Shown in pieces: positions 18,336-28,415 of a stretch of 57,692 nt of DNA; position 1 is the first letter of the stretch; every line of letters begins with the position of its first letter. The translations under genes and the position numbers were made by a program. The notes under the pieces are model-generated. The model worked only from the letters and a program-made list of their open reading frames with translations. It searched no databases and was not told where the DNA came from. Source of the stretch: a virus (lineage: Duplodnaviria > Caudoviricetes); the IMG/VR virus record IMGVR_UViG_3300049063_000008, positions 1 through 57,692 of that record. One strand, given 5' to 3'.

Positions 18336-20516
18336 TTAGGTGGGGTGGACTGTTGCACCATTACTAACTTTCTGGACCCTAATCTGTCCTCTGTCCAATA
18401 GGGTTTCAAGCACGACATCTAGTTCTTTACGGCTAAGATGGTAATAGCGCGATAGCTCTGAACGTGTGCAACCTGGCCGGCGTCTAACATGTGCATAGAT
18501 CCTTGATACTAGTCTCTGGTTAGCAGTACGACCAACGTTCTGGATTAGATCAACCGTATGGTGTCCCCACTTCTGTACGTACCATGCTGCTGCTTTTAGA
18601 TCATCTGCGTCTGTGGTGATCTTTCCGTTCTTAGGCTCTTGTCGCGCTGCTGAGAGAAGCATACCCATTTTGAGGCTTGACCAGGCAAGCCGACCAAAGG
18701 TAGGTTGGGCGACCATACTTGCGGCACTTTCGGCTGCTTCCTTAGTGAGCCGCATTTCGGTTTTCTGGAAATATTCCCATGCTTCATCAGTGAGGATAAC
18801 CTCCGTTTGTGTTGGAACCTTGAAAGATGTACCAGCATCGGGAATCTCAATTAATGTCTCTTGGTTGTACGTTGTGTGTAGATCGCTAAATCGAGTTTGC
18901 AGCTTTTTTCGTTTAGCATCTAGATTCGCCGTAAGTGGTCCTGTTGGGCGAATCGTTGCTAAGTTTGCATCACCACCTACGATGAGGAAACGCGGCAGGA
19001 ATCCACTAAGAATGTACTCGTCGTTGAGCAATCCGTACATCTTATCTCTAATTCCTCCACCAAAGAAGATAAAGACAGGATCAGTGATAGTGATGGTTTC
19101 TTTGCGGAGACGTCTAGTAAGGAACGGTGGCACGTCATACAATTGAGTGAGAGTCTCAGGCATTCCGGCGAGATAATCTTTCCGATTGATCGAGTCAATA
19201 AATCCACTTACCTCATCCTTAAAGAATACGGATACTTGACCTGGACGTGCTGCTAGTGCAGTTAGGATTCCTTCGACCGAACCATCCGTAGCAATTACGA
19301 TTTCCCTGTCAATATCTGCTACGAACTCCATTGCCATTTTCATGGCAGTAGTCTTGCGTGTTAGAGTTGAGTCGCCAAGAATCAATCCCCACAGGTTAGG
19401 AATGATCTTTCCGAAGTTGGTATTAAGATACAGTCCTGACGAGAGGATGGAAGAGAGCAACATCGTACAAGCTAGTTCGTGATACTCTACTACTGCGTCT
19501 GTTGCTTCTGCTGCCCAATCCTTATACTGGTCAATGACTGACGGCGGTGGATCACCCTTAACGAGAGTCGGCATCCTGAGCGGCTTAACGTCATCAAGCA
19601 GCAATATCAGATTCTTCTGCTTGATATCCGCTTTGGTGATTTCTCGCCACAGGTAACTAATCGGTCGCTTGTCCCGATCGTACTTGTTGCACTTGGCTTG
19701 TAGAGCAACCGCGAAAGTCTGCTCTTTGTTCATACCGCTTTCTAGGCACACGTTAATCAGATGCCACATAGCAGCAGACCAATCGCTAGCAGGCTCACTA
19801 CCGAACAGATCAGAGAACGCTGTTTTACGTAGCTCCGGTAGATGTGCCTGGATAGTTGTCGGCACATCTGGAAGATCCATTATGTTCGGGAGTGGATCAC
19901 CTTCTACTACTTGTTCTTCCGGTGTCGGCGGCGTGAATTGCTCAAAAACCGCCACAGGGAGTAACTGCTCGAACGACGAGAGAAGCTGTACCTCCGGTAC
20001 TTGTGTAGCTCCATCGTCGTACTTGTAGTTGTAGGTGTATGGGACACGAAGTAGCTGCTCAATGTCCCATCCGGTCTTATCTGCTCCCTTGTCAGCATAC
20101 GCATATGCAATGCGCTTACTGTAGGACTGTGCTAGCTCTGGATCAATTAACTGATCTAGCCTCCAAATGCCCTGAAAGTTCTTGAACGATGTCTTAAGCC
20201 TACACTGTGGGGGTGGTGTAACATCGCCAGGATCACACGTATCTAGGTCAGCCCATACCAACCTAGTCGGTAGTGCAAAGTCACGCTTCCGCTTAGGCTG
20301 TCTGAATAGATTGATCCCGAACCATACATTGTTGCCCTTTACCATCTTGTCCAGATACGGGCCAAGACCCTCTCTTTGCTCAGGCCAAACGAAGAACTTT
20401 TCCTGAAACTTATTCTTGTTCCCCGATGGGGCATGTGCAACGCACAAGTACCCCTCTCTTTCTTCAAAAAGATAGTCGAAGAATTGAAGTCTTAGCTCAG
20501 TTGCCGTTAGCGACAT
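18336..20516 (-). CDS. DNA primase-helicase (RepB-like primase + DUF3987-like ATPase + winged helix)
   Basis: VWADLD, LLRVPYTYNYKY primase motifs; GDSTLTRKTT P-loop variant, FKDE Walker B, SGFLPRF. Confidence 0.8.
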   Translation of the reverse strand: MSLTATELRLQFFDYLFEEREGYLCVAHAPSGNKNKFQEKFFVWPEQREGLGPYLDKMVKGNNVWFGINLFRQPKRKRDFALPTRLVWADLDTCDPGDVTPPPQCRLKTSFKNFQGIWRLDQLIDPELAQSYSKRIAYAYADKGADKTGWDIEQLLRVPYTYNYKYDDGATQVPEVQLLSSFEQLLPVAVFEQFTPPTPEEQVVEGDPLPNIMDLPDVPTTIQAHLPELRKTAFSDLFGSEPASDWSAAMWHLINVCLESGMNKEQTFAVALQAKCNKYDRDKRPISYLWREITKADIKQKNLILLLDDVKPLRMPTLVKGDPPPSVIDQYKDWAAEATDAVVEYHELACTMLLSSILSSGLYLNTNFGKIIPNLWGLILGDSTLTRKTTAMKMAMEFVADIDREIVIATDGSVEGILTALAARPGQVSVFFKDEVSGFIDSINRKDYLAGMPETLTQLYDVPPFLTRRLRKETITITDPVFIFFGGGIRDKMYGLLNDEYILSGFLPRFLIVGGDANLATIRPTGPLTANLDAKRKKLQTRFSDLHTTYNQETLIEIPDAGTSFKVPTQTEVILTDEAWEYFQKTEMRLTKEAAESAASMVAQPTFGRLAWSSLKMGMLLSAARQEPKNGKITTDADDLKAAAWYVQKWGHHTVDLIQNVGRTANQRLVSRIYAHVRRRPGCTRSELSRYYHLSRKELDVVLETLLDRGQIRVQKVSNGATVHPT

Positions 20517-20907
20517 ATACTTTCAGATCATCGAAAGTTGCGGGATCGTTAAGATTTAGCCAATTGCCGTCGCCATTCGGTAGAGTAAACCACACTACTG
20601 TAACTCCTGCGGATTGGAGAGCAATTGCACAATCAAGACAAGGTTTGGCGTTAACGATATTTCCGCTCTTACCGGAAATCGTAGCGACATATGCTGTCGC
20701 CCCAAACAGATTAATGTAACGCGCTCTTGCTAGTGCGTGAATTTCAGCATGAAGTGATCGCTTACTCCGTAATCTGTAGTGTGGAGTATGTGACCAGCCA
20801 TTACTAAGAATTTGAGAAAGGCTACGATCAACAATAATGCAGCCAGTTTTGTGTGTACGAATAGTGCTTCTAGATGCTACTTTGATAGCTTCGGTAATAT
20901 GATTCAA
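20497..20907 (-). CDS. Zn-dependent dCMP/cytidine deaminase-like protein
   Basis: HAE...PCLDC. Confidence 0.85.
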   Translation of the reverse strand: MNHITEAIKVASRSTIRTHKTGCIIVDRSLSQILSNGWSHTPHYRLRSKRSLHAEIHALARARYINLFGATAYVATISGKSGNIVNAKPCLDCAIALQSAGVTVVWFTLPNGDGNWLNLNDPATFDDLKVYVANGN

Positions 20908-20926
20908 GTTGCCCCTTTAGGTGCCA

Positions 20927-20956
20927 AAGGGAAGGGCACCGCAGTACCCTTCCCTT
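20927..20956 (-). terminator. Hairpin after the SSB gene
   Basis: AAGGGAAGGGTAC-TGCG-GTGCCCTTCCCTT; weak U tract. Confidence 0.5.
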
Positions 20957-20978
20957 CAAGCACAGTTGCTCTCTTTAC

Positions 20979-21506
20979 TTAGAGCAGGCCACCAGCAGGC
21001 TGTGCAGCTTCGGAAATGGACTTGTAGCCCTTAACGACGTTCTCCATTTCCTTATCCTCTGGCTTCGTGTTGTACTTCGGCTTCTGACCAACCGTAACAC
21101 GAACAGGCTCACCAACAAGGTTCTCTAGAGCCTCACCAAGATTGAACTTCTTGGTCTTGACTTCCGACTCTTCCAGACCCATTGCGACTAGCCAACGAAC
21201 TAGTGCGCCTGTCATCTTTGCTGCCTTCTCCTTATCGTAATCCGCAGGCGGAATTACGAACTGATCGAAGAAGCGACGATTCTCGAATTCCGGCTCAATT
21301 ACCTTAAACTGCAAGGCGAGCATCGGAGTACCTTCGGGCATCTTCTTAGGCGTACCATCGTCGTTAGTACCGCCCTTGGTTGCGCGCCACTCATAGCTGA
21401 ATAGCTCACAGTCGTACGTACCAGACTCTAGCGGAGTAAAGCCACTAGTGTCTGCACCACTAAGATCCAGTGCGCCACCGAAACCTTCAAGATTTACGTC
21501 GGACAA
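20979..21506 (-). CDS. Single-stranded DNA-binding protein (DUF669-like)
   Basis: FTPLESGTY, ENRRFFD, LVGEPVRVTV...NVVKGY; follows the AAA ATPase. Confidence 0.7.
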   Translation of the reverse strand: MSDVNLEGFGGALDLSGADTSGFTPLESGTYDCELFSYEWRATKGGTNDDGTPKKMPEGTPMLALQFKVIEPEFENRRFFDQFVIPPADYDKEKAAKMTGALVRWLVAMGLEESEVKTKKFNLGEALENLVGEPVRVTVGQKPKYNTKPEDKEMENVVKGYKSISEAAQPAGGLL

Positions 21507-21517
21507 CTCTGCTCTCC

Positions 21518-22249
21518 TTATTTAGCGGAGTGGATGATATCCCACAACATAGGTAGTGTGGGATTGTCTACTAGACCGCCTAGTGAATCTGTACGGTCTT
21601 TCGCGCTCACGCGCTTGGTCTTTACTGTCTGTATCTGATTGACAAACTCTCCTTTGTCGGTGTCAGCCGTCATATAGCCAACAATGTCGATAAAGCCCGC
21701 AATCTCGTGACGTAGCTTACCTGTGAATTGTGGGAAGAAGATCATAGCGTTAGAGTTATCTCGCGCATCCCCGCTGTGGCAACAGAACACTACATTGCAG
21801 GGAAGGTCACGATATGCTCTAACGATCTCTCTTACTCGCTCTCCGTTGATAAGATACTCACGCTGAGAAGGTACGTACTCATTCTGATTCGGGTTTCGTG
21901 CGTTAGCCTCTTTTGCAATCTCCCGCATATCTAGCTTGGCTAGCTCCGAGAGCGTGTCAATCACTACAGTTTTGAAAGGTAGTGCTGGTTCTTTTGATTC
22001 CCAATCTACCGCCTTATACAAGGTGTTGTAAATCTCTCGCGCTTCGCCCATCGACCTAACCTGACGCACATCTAGGTCTTTGTTCTTGCGTAGTGTAACG
22101 ATGCCGCCGTCTACGTCAAGATAGAGTACAGGCTTTAGAGCCTCATGCTCCAACGCTGTACCTGCAAAGCGTGTTTTACCAACACCCGGTTCTCCGTAGA
22201 CTAGCAAGTTGATCCACCTGATTGATTTCTCCGGTGGTTCTACGTTCAA
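21518..22249 (-). CDS. AAA ATPase (Sak4-like recombinase)
   Basis: LVYGEPGVGKT, TVVIDTLSEL, CCH, AKDR; true start may be ATC at 22285. Confidence 0.85.
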   Translation of the reverse strand: MNVEPPEKSIRWINLLVYGEPGVGKTRFAGTALEHEALKPVLYLDVDGGIVTLRKNKDLDVRQVRSMGEAREIYNTLYKAVDWESKEPALPFKTVVIDTLSELAKLDMREIAKEANARNPNQNEYVPSQREYLINGERVREIVRAYRDLPCNVVFCCHSGDARDNSNAMIFFPQFTGKLRHEIAGFIDIVGYMTADTDKGEFVNQIQTVKTKRVSAKDRTDSLGGLVDNPTLPMLWDIIHSAK

Positions 22250-22266
22250 CGTCCTACGGAGTTCTT

Positions 22267-22473
22267 CTACTGTGACTGTTGGGATTCGTCCTCACCCCCT
22301 TCTGTATCGAGTTGTGTATTACGAAGTACGGCAAGAAAAAGTCCCATAATAACTAGAACTGCATCAAGACGAGTACCACCTGCTTCTCTAGCTCCGAGAT
22401 AAACTCGGTAGTACAGCGTACCGATGTCGATTTGATCTTGCTTCTCTTCGATATTACTAAGCGGGTCTACCAT
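22267..22473 (-). CDS. Hypothetical protein
   Basis: AAGGA RBS before MVDPLS. Confidence 0.5.
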   Translation of the reverse strand: MVDPLSNIEEKQDQIDIGTLYYRVYLGAREAGGTRLDAVLVIMGLFLAVLRNTQLDTEGGEDESQQSQ

Positions 22474-22660
22474 GTTTCCTTCTTTTATGTAGAGAACGCT
22501 TCTTGAATGCTCGTTCACTATCCGTACGCTGTCTCTCTGCTTCAATCTCGACAGGTCTGAACTGAAAGGGCCAACTAGAAGGTTCAGCAGTACTAGTCAG
22601 TTGCCTGCGTTTGTCCAAATCTTGTGGATCGTAGCCTTCACGCGCTCCGTGATATTTCAT
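22457..22660 (-). CDS. Hypothetical protein
   Basis: Starts MKYHGAREG; basic C-terminus. Confidence 0.45.
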   Translation of the reverse strand: MKYHGAREGYDPQDLDKRRQLTSTAEPSSWPFQFRPVEIEAERQRTDSERAFKKRSLHKRRKHGRPA

Positions 22661-22846
22661 AGCCACTTCCATGCTGCAACGAGAATTACTAGCCCGAAAA
22701 TGATTTGCCACCACATATTCTCAAACTCTTTAGCTGTTAGTGCAACAATCATTTCATCAACCTCAGAAAACGCCATAGCTTCCAAATCTTAGGCTCAGGC
22801 ATTGGAATAGCCTCTGACCAACTTCCATCTGGGTTCTGCTGTTCAT

Positions 22847-23089
22847 TCATCGTTCTACTCCTAGGTTCAAAAGCAGTTCATTCATCTTCTTCAAGCAGTG
22901 CATGAAACAGTACGGTACTCCTGACAGTTTGCAGTAAGTCGGACTACTGCACCCTCTAGACGCACAGCGGAATACTTTGTCATACCACCGCAAAGGACCG
23001 AATTGCTCAGGTGCAGGTAGCCAGTTGGGACCGTCTGCAATGATTGTGCCAAGTTGTTCCTCATCTACTACTCTGAATAGTTCACTCAT
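22847..23089 (-). CDS. Small Cys/His-rich protein
   Basis: CASRGC...YCFMHC. Confidence 0.6.
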   Translation of the reverse strand: MSELFRVVDEEQLGTIIADGPNWLPAPEQFGPLRWYDKVFRCASRGCSSPTYCKLSGVPYCFMHCLKKMNELLLNLGVER

Positions 23090-23264
23090 CAGGGCTTCCC
23101 TCAGCCCATTCTCTAAGATCGTCCATTCTCTTATCGGTGTTCATGCGCTCTGCTTCAACAAGGTAAGATGGAGTATCTGCGCGCATTTCCTCAACAATGG
23201 CCTCTAGTGCCTTGTGCTGTAACCGAAAGCCCTCTTGGATGATTTCAAAAACCTCGGTATTCAT
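23082..23264 (-). CDS. Hypothetical protein
   Basis: Coupled ORF. Confidence 0.55.
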   Translation of the reverse strand: MNTEVFEIIQEGFRLQHKALEAIVEEMRADTPSYLVEAERMNTDKRMDDLREWAEGSPDE

Positions 23265-23479
23265 GCGATTCTCAGCAAGCGCAATGGATCTTGCTTTACT
23301 AGCACTACGTTCAGACCTTCATCATTCATTCCTTCGCAACATACTCTGGCGTGAATGTCATTGCTAAAATCTGCTGTCCAAATTCCGTTCCTGCCCCGCG
23401 TAATTTGTACCTGAATATTCTCTTCCTCGGCATATCTGATTACATGGTGCATCTGTTCAGTTGTCATTGACGTAGACAC
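23261..23479 (-). CDS. Hypothetical protein
   Basis: Coupled ORF. Confidence 0.5.
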   Translation of the reverse strand: MSTSMTTEQMHHVIRYAEEENIQVQITRGRNGIWTADFSNDIHARVCCEGMNDEGLNVVLVKQDPLRLLRIA

Positions 23480-23687
23480 CAGTTACGAGCAACTGTACCA
23501 GTAGTTCGACAACTTTCTCTACGGGAGAACCTTTCTCATACTGTCGAATGGCAAGTAGAGAACCCTCCTTATTACAAAGATCAATCTCGCCACCCTTACC
23601 GTTGCTGTACCGATTAATCTCAAGAATACGCATAACATCAACTTCGACAGTCTTGTTCCGCAATTCTTGTTCTGTTGTATCTGCCAT
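23457..23687 (-). CDS. Hypothetical protein
   Basis: GGGAG RBS; directly after the exonuclease. Confidence 0.6.
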   Translation of the reverse strand: MADTTEQELRNKTVEVDVMRILEINRYSNGKGGEIDLCNKEGSLLAIRQYEKGSPVEKVVELLVQLLVTGVYVNDN

Positions 23688-23689
23688 GC

Positions 23690-24940
23690 TTATCTCCCTC
23701 TGTTCGTTTCGTAGCCGTCGGCCAACATGTAGACGAAGTCTGAACCATCATCGGCTGCTAGACAAGGCGCTCTAAACTGACAACGTGTACAAGTGTAGTT
23801 ACCTGACGGTGTTGGATAAATCTTCAAGTTGGGATCAAGCATTTCCTGAGCAACCATCGTGTAGTGCATTCGACTAGCTGCTACCTGTGCCTGATTGTAA
23901 GTAACTGACTTGCGCTGGATGAAGTTGTTGTCACCCATTTGCACCAGCCAGTTGTAGTAGCTCTGCATCTTTGCATTACTGTCGAAAATCTCACGGATGC
24001 CCGCCTCGTCAATATAGGCAGCAAACATTTCCGCTGTGGTGCTTTCCTCCTGTCTATTCAACGATGGCATTAGACCATCCTTCAAGACTGTGGGGGGTTT
24101 GGGATAAACCTTCCGCAGTACGTTGTAGATCACACGATCAATCCTAGTGTAAGGAAGATCGTATACCTCAGCTTCGTACTGCGATGCCCAGAAGTACGTT
24201 AGCACCTGTTCATCCATTTCCAGCTTAGTGAAGTAATCGTCACCAATGACAGAGGCGGTCTTGTGATCCATAAGACCGAATCGTTCCGTATCTGGATTGT
24301 AGAGGATAGCGTCTCTAGTACCTCTAGCATGGACTTCTAGCTTCTTGCCATAGTTTGGACTATCTGTCCTATGGTCAATAGCCTCAAAGCCTAGCGGAAC
24401 ACTGAACTTAGATTCAGCAGCTACAACTACGAAATGATCGTTGCGTTCTGCGTAGTCCTTATAGAAGGTCATCATCCCGATGCCAAGGTCTAGATGCTGC
24501 TCAAATTCCTCATGTACGGGATCAGGATGAATGTCTCTTAAACCGCGAACACGCCACGTATTGCCATACACACCATCTGGGTACGGCTTACCATTTTCGT
24601 CTACAGGGATAGGATCGTTGTCGTAACTGCGCTCTAGCCATTCTTCTGTAACGATGCCACCGTTCCACTGATACTCATACCATGTGCGAAAAGCCTCCAC
24701 AGGGTCAAGTGGAAGAATTGGGTGGTAGTAGCTCTCCAATGCGTAATGAATACCTGTACCGAACCATAGCGGCATACTGACACCATTGATGTCTACGCGC
24801 CGACGAAGGTTAGTTCGTGCAGGACTTGACCAATCCCAATATCTACGACACCGCTTGAAACTGGCGACGTCGGATGCGTGGATTGGGATAACATCCCATT
24901 TGGTCGGGATATCGGCTTTGGGCAGGGTTGGGGTACTCAT
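23690..24940 (-). CDS. Cas4/RecB-like PD-(D/E)XK exonuclease with Fe-S cysteines
   Basis: FKRCRR, FGTGIH, GTRD...MDHKT, CTRCQFRAPC. Confidence 0.85.
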   Translation of the reverse strand: MSTPTLPKADIPTKWDVIPIHASDVASFKRCRRYWDWSSPARTNLRRRVDINGVSMPLWFGTGIHYALESYYHPILPLDPVEAFRTWYEYQWNGGIVTEEWLERSYDNDPIPVDENGKPYPDGVYGNTWRVRGLRDIHPDPVHEEFEQHLDLGIGMMTFYKDYAERNDHFVVVAAESKFSVPLGFEAIDHRTDSPNYGKKLEVHARGTRDAILYNPDTERFGLMDHKTASVIGDDYFTKLEMDEQVLTYFWASQYEAEVYDLPYTRIDRVIYNVLRKVYPKPPTVLKDGLMPSLNRQEESTTAEMFAAYIDEAGIREIFDSNAKMQSYYNWLVQMGDNNFIQRKSVTYNQAQVAASRMHYTMVAQEMLDPNLKIYPTPSGNYTCTRCQFRAPCLAADDGSDFVYMLADGYETNRGR

Positions 24941-25035
24941 GGCTACCCTGCCCTACGTGCGTTGTGCGTCAATTTGTGCCTCCTGCCCATAGTGTCGCTT
25001 TGGACTTTATGGGGAGTACGAGAGGGTGAACGGGC

Positions 25036-25064
25036 AGCCTAGCAGGTTTTCTACCTGCTGTCAA
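25036..25064 (-). promoter_or_regulatory. Housekeeping-sigma promoter for the replication operon
   Basis: TTGACA-N17-TAGGCT, extended TG; palindromic spacer GCAGGT-AGAAA-ACCTGC. Confidence 0.8.
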
Positions 25065-25073
25065 GCCCCTATG

Positions 25074-25550
25074 CTATTCTTCTGCATAGTGCTGGAATGG
25101 TGGCTCTGGGATTTTCCGGCCTTCCCTCGTATTTGGAAAAACGTCCAGGTCGGAAATTAGGTACGTGAGATTCATAGCCTGTAGAAGTCTGTCTGCTGTT
25201 TGCAGTGTCACAAACCTCTTTTCCTGTGTTCCACCATAACTGCTATACGGATTTAAGATTGCGCGAATCAGCCTACTCGATACCTTAGCTTTTTCGGCCA
25301 ACATGGATTGACCACCTATGCCATGTTGCCTATCGTACAACTCACACCAATTCTTGACGTGCTTCCTAAGATCGCTGGTGAGTACAATTAAACTATCGCC
25401 GCTACGTACTTCTCCTGTGCGACCGTCGTAAAGTTCTTTCTGTTTCTTATTACGCCGATCACGAAGATTCTTTAGATGCTGAACGACAGTTTCAATCTCG
25501 CTATTTAACTCAGCAATCTCGCGCTCTAGATTACTACGCCAAGAGTCCAC
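25074..25550 (-). CDS. Coiled-coil + HTH DNA-binding protein
   Basis: QSMLAEKAKVSSRLIRAIL...TADRLL. Confidence 0.6.
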   Translation of the reverse strand: MDSWRSNLEREIAELNSEIETVVQHLKNLRDRRNKKQKELYDGRTGEVRSGDSLIVLTSDLRKHVKNWCELYDRQHGIGGQSMLAEKAKVSSRLIRAILNPYSSYGGTQEKRFVTLQTADRLLQAMNLTYLISDLDVFPNTREGRKIPEPPFQHYAEE

Positions 25551-25663
25551 GGCGTCTCTTACAACCTGTGGTGTCTTTGCAGATCAAGCCAAGCGGAGTT
25601 TCGTAGAAGTTCTTTTGCACACCGACGAATACAAGATTACACAATGCACATTTTCCAACATCG

Positions 25664-26095
25664 TTAGGCTTCGTAGTGGGTTCCATCTGGCCTCACAATC
25701 ACGATACGGGAACGATCATACTTGGATTTTGCATAACGTACTGTTGCCCATGTACCTGAGCGTTGAATCTCACTGTTCTGGGCAGGTGTAGCAATAAGGA
25801 TAGTACAGGCATCTACGATGTCTTTGTTGCGAGCAAGATAAGGCCGCGTTGGATAAAGAATATCTTGGCTTGTTAGCTCAATCTTCATCCGAAAATCGTG
25901 CTTTGTCGGAGGATGAAGATGTCTTACGATTGTAGTCCAGCGTTCAACTAGATCGTGGAATTCTTCATCAGCACCAATACAACAGCCATGATGCACATTT
26001 ATCGGCTCAAACTCTTTAAGCAACCACATAACAGTTTTTTGCTGCTCTTTTGTCATGCCTGCTTTTGTACCTGTGAATCCTAGATGCTCAGTCAT
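25664..26095 (-). CDS. SLOG/DprA-like nucleotide-binding protein
   Basis: GFTGT, HHGCCIGAD, RNKDIV, SGTWATVRYA. Confidence 0.75.
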   Translation of the reverse strand: MTEHLGFTGTKAGMTKEQQKTVMWLLKEFEPINVHHGCCIGADEEFHDLVERWTTIVRHLHPPTKHDFRMKIELTSQDILYPTRPYLARNKDIVDACTILIATPAQNSEIQRSGTWATVRYAKSKYDRSRIVIVRPDGTHYEA

Positions 26096-26309
26096 TCCCT
26101 AACCTCATCGGTGTCAAAATACCATGATGGTACGCAATAGCTACAGCATGTGCCTTGTTCTTAGCTTCCAGCTTCTGTTTAACATGTGTCACATGGGTCT
26201 TGATTGTATTGACAGCTAGAAAGCACTCAGTTGCCATTTCATCATTGCTGTACCCATCTGCTACCATCATCAGAACTTGTAACTCGCGCTCAGTTAGCGG
26301 ATCAATCAT
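26088..26309 (-). CDS. LuxR-type HTH regulator
   Basis: LTERELQVL...GYSNDEMA...TIKTHV...KL. Confidence 0.9.
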   Translation of the reverse strand: MIDPLTERELQVLMMVADGYSNDEMATECFLAVNTIKTHVTHVKQKLEAKNKAHAVAIAYHHGILTPMRLGND

Positions 26310-26521
26310 ACTCTACTCTCTCTAAAGCAATTTAGGCATGGTGTTGCGAATTTTTCCGCATGACGCCTGGGAAGTTCTATACAATCAAATTCACACAAGT
26401 GTCGAGGATCGCATTTCATTAATATACCGCGCATTTGATTGAAACCTACGCCTTGGTGAAAAGTAGGGTGATGGGTTTTTAGAGACGATTCAGAAACATA
26501 TACGTTTTCGCCCCTACTCAT
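26306..26521 (-). CDS. Small Cys-rich protein
   Basis: TFH...C...PCLNC. Confidence 0.55.
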   Translation of the reverse strand: MSRGENVYVSESSLKTHHPTFHQGVGFNQMRGILMKCDPRHLCEFDCIELPRRHAEKFATPCLNCFRESRV

Positions 26522-26778
26522 CCGAATACGTGTCCTACGAAATTGCCTTCAAGCAACATGAACGTGCCTACGTACTTAGTGCCATAGGGTGCCTGGATTG
26601 GATGTCCTGTACCGCTAATGAAAATCTGCCTATCTGTTAGCGGTAGGTCAAGATTCACAAGTGTCCACAGGCATACCTTACCATGCTGTACTGCAACGTG
26701 CAATAGTTGTGCCTTAGAGTGCATCCTGACTCTCTGCTCATCTTTAACTTCTAGCTGATACTTGTAGATAGCTCTCAT
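26518..26778 (-). CDS. Conserved-looking hypothetical phage protein
   Basis: IYKYQL...LW...GTGH...YVGT...VGHVF; GGAGG RBS. Confidence 0.7.
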   Translation of the reverse strand: MRAIYKYQLEVKDEQRVRMHSKAQLLHVAVQHGKVCLWTLVNLDLPLTDRQIFISGTGHPIQAPYGTKYVGTFMLLEGNFVGHVFG

Positions 26779-26782
26779 TCTT

Positions 26783-28294
26783 CTAATCCTCCGGCTCATC
26801 GCCAAAGATTTCTTTGAACCATCCGGTCTTGCGCTCGTTAGTTGCAATCATGCGCTGATCTGTCGTTCGTCTTGCATTGATGTAGATTAGCTCTGCGGCC
26901 TCACTCTGCCCAGGACGATACACTCTGCCGATAGCCTGGTTATTCGCTCTAGGACTCCAACTACGATCGAGGAATACGCAGTACTGTCCAGGCGTCAAGT
27001 TGATAGACTCGCCACCAAGATCGAGAGTTGACATAAAGACCTGATGGTTAGGCTTAGGCCATTCATCATGCCACAGCTTGTATCTCTGCTCATCATTGTG
27101 CTTCGCTAGCATGTGAATGTACGGGACGTTCTTAGCAGCTAGTCTTGCCTCCAACAATTCCAGCGGATCTTTGAACTGACTAAAGACAACTACCTTGTGC
27201 TTCTTTTCATTATCCCATCGCAATTCGTTCAACAGATCCATGAACTCGTCCAACTTGCTTGACGGTTCGATCAGGCGGATAACCTGTACTCTACGATCCT
27301 TTAGGGCATCGTAGTAATCATCTACCTTGTCAGGCGTTGCCACACAAATCTGGCGTAGCCGATTAAGCAGACTGAGAACGTTAGGACTAGAGATTGGCTC
27401 ACCCTTCTGATCTAGGGTGTATAGCTCCAATCGAATCTGATCGTACATTGCTCGCTGAATTGGGTTAAGATCAACCTCTCTTGCAGATACGATTGGTTCT
27501 TGAATGTCCTTGTGAACCTCTCGCATTTCTCTACGTGGGCCAAGACTACGAACTAGTGCTCGAAACTCATCACGATGTTCTCTATCGACACCGATGATTT
27601 CCTTGTAGTCTCCCATATCTACCTCATCGCAGAAGTAGCGACGGAAGCCACCATAAGTTGACCAACGTTGTGGATCAAGGAAATTCAGCAGTGACCAGAT
27701 TTCATCTGGACTGTTGACAAAGCCCGTACCCGTCATAACATGCCTACCAGCAACAGCAGACAACTTCTTCATATGACGAGTCCACTGCCCATCCTTGTTC
27801 TTGATCTTGTGAGCCTCATCTACGATGATGTACGAATAGGTGAGACGATGTAGCCACTGCCGCACAGGACTCTTATTTGTGAAGCAATGATAGTGTGCAA
27901 GGATTACACACTTCTCTTCGATCTTCTGAACGAAGTCTACAAACTCGGAGATTTCCCACTTGTTGATAACAATGTCACCAACGCGCTCAGTTACTCCACC
28001 TACGTTAACGTCAAAGAATCGCCAACCCTTAAGCTCTAGGGTCTTTGGAATGGCATCGTAGTATGTACCCTTACCATTCCTTGACGTGATAATGAGAAGT
28101 CGGGGAGTAAATGAAGTCTTACCGAAAGCTTCAATTCTGCGCTCGGCTAGCCAGATGCCAGAAGTGGTCTTGTAGCATCCCATTTCTGACCAGTCTGCAC
28201 TGTAGTCCACATCACTGGCAAGATGGTTTTCTAGATCCTCTTCCTGCCATTCTGTTGACTCGTAGCCTTCTGCAACTACTGGCCTGAACATCAT
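26783..28294 (-). CDS. SNF2-family helicase
   Basis: EMGCYKT, IVDEAH, MTGT, LRQIC, VVFSQF, QAIGRVYRPGQ. Confidence 0.9.
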   Translation of the reverse strand: MMFRPVVAEGYESTEWQEEDLENHLASDVDYSADWSEMGCYKTTSGIWLAERRIEAFGKTSFTPRLLIITSRNGKGTYYDAIPKTLELKGWRFFDVNVGGVTERVGDIVINKWEISEFVDFVQKIEEKCVILAHYHCFTNKSPVRQWLHRLTYSYIIVDEAHKIKNKDGQWTRHMKKLSAVAGRHVMTGTGFVNSPDEIWSLLNFLDPQRWSTYGGFRRYFCDEVDMGDYKEIIGVDREHRDEFRALVRSLGPRREMREVHKDIQEPIVSAREVDLNPIQRAMYDQIRLELYTLDQKGEPISSPNVLSLLNRLRQICVATPDKVDDYYDALKDRRVQVIRLIEPSSKLDEFMDLLNELRWDNEKKHKVVVFSQFKDPLELLEARLAAKNVPYIHMLAKHNDEQRYKLWHDEWPKPNHQVFMSTLDLGGESINLTPGQYCVFLDRSWSPRANNQAIGRVYRPGQSEAAELIYINARRTTDQRMIATNERKTGWFKEIFGDEPED

Positions 28295-28415
28295 TACAGT
28301 ACACCTACAAATACCATAATTGCCAGAAGAACAAGAATGCTTGCGACACCCGAGATATAGCCTTGAATGAAGGCTACTCCAATATCGTCCATAACTTGCC
28401 TTTCAGTTGTATGTG

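Noticed and set aside
23690-24940. Cas4 as evidence of a CRISPR system
   Set aside because: Sits with the Sak4-like ATPase and SSB as an ordinary phage recombination exonuclease
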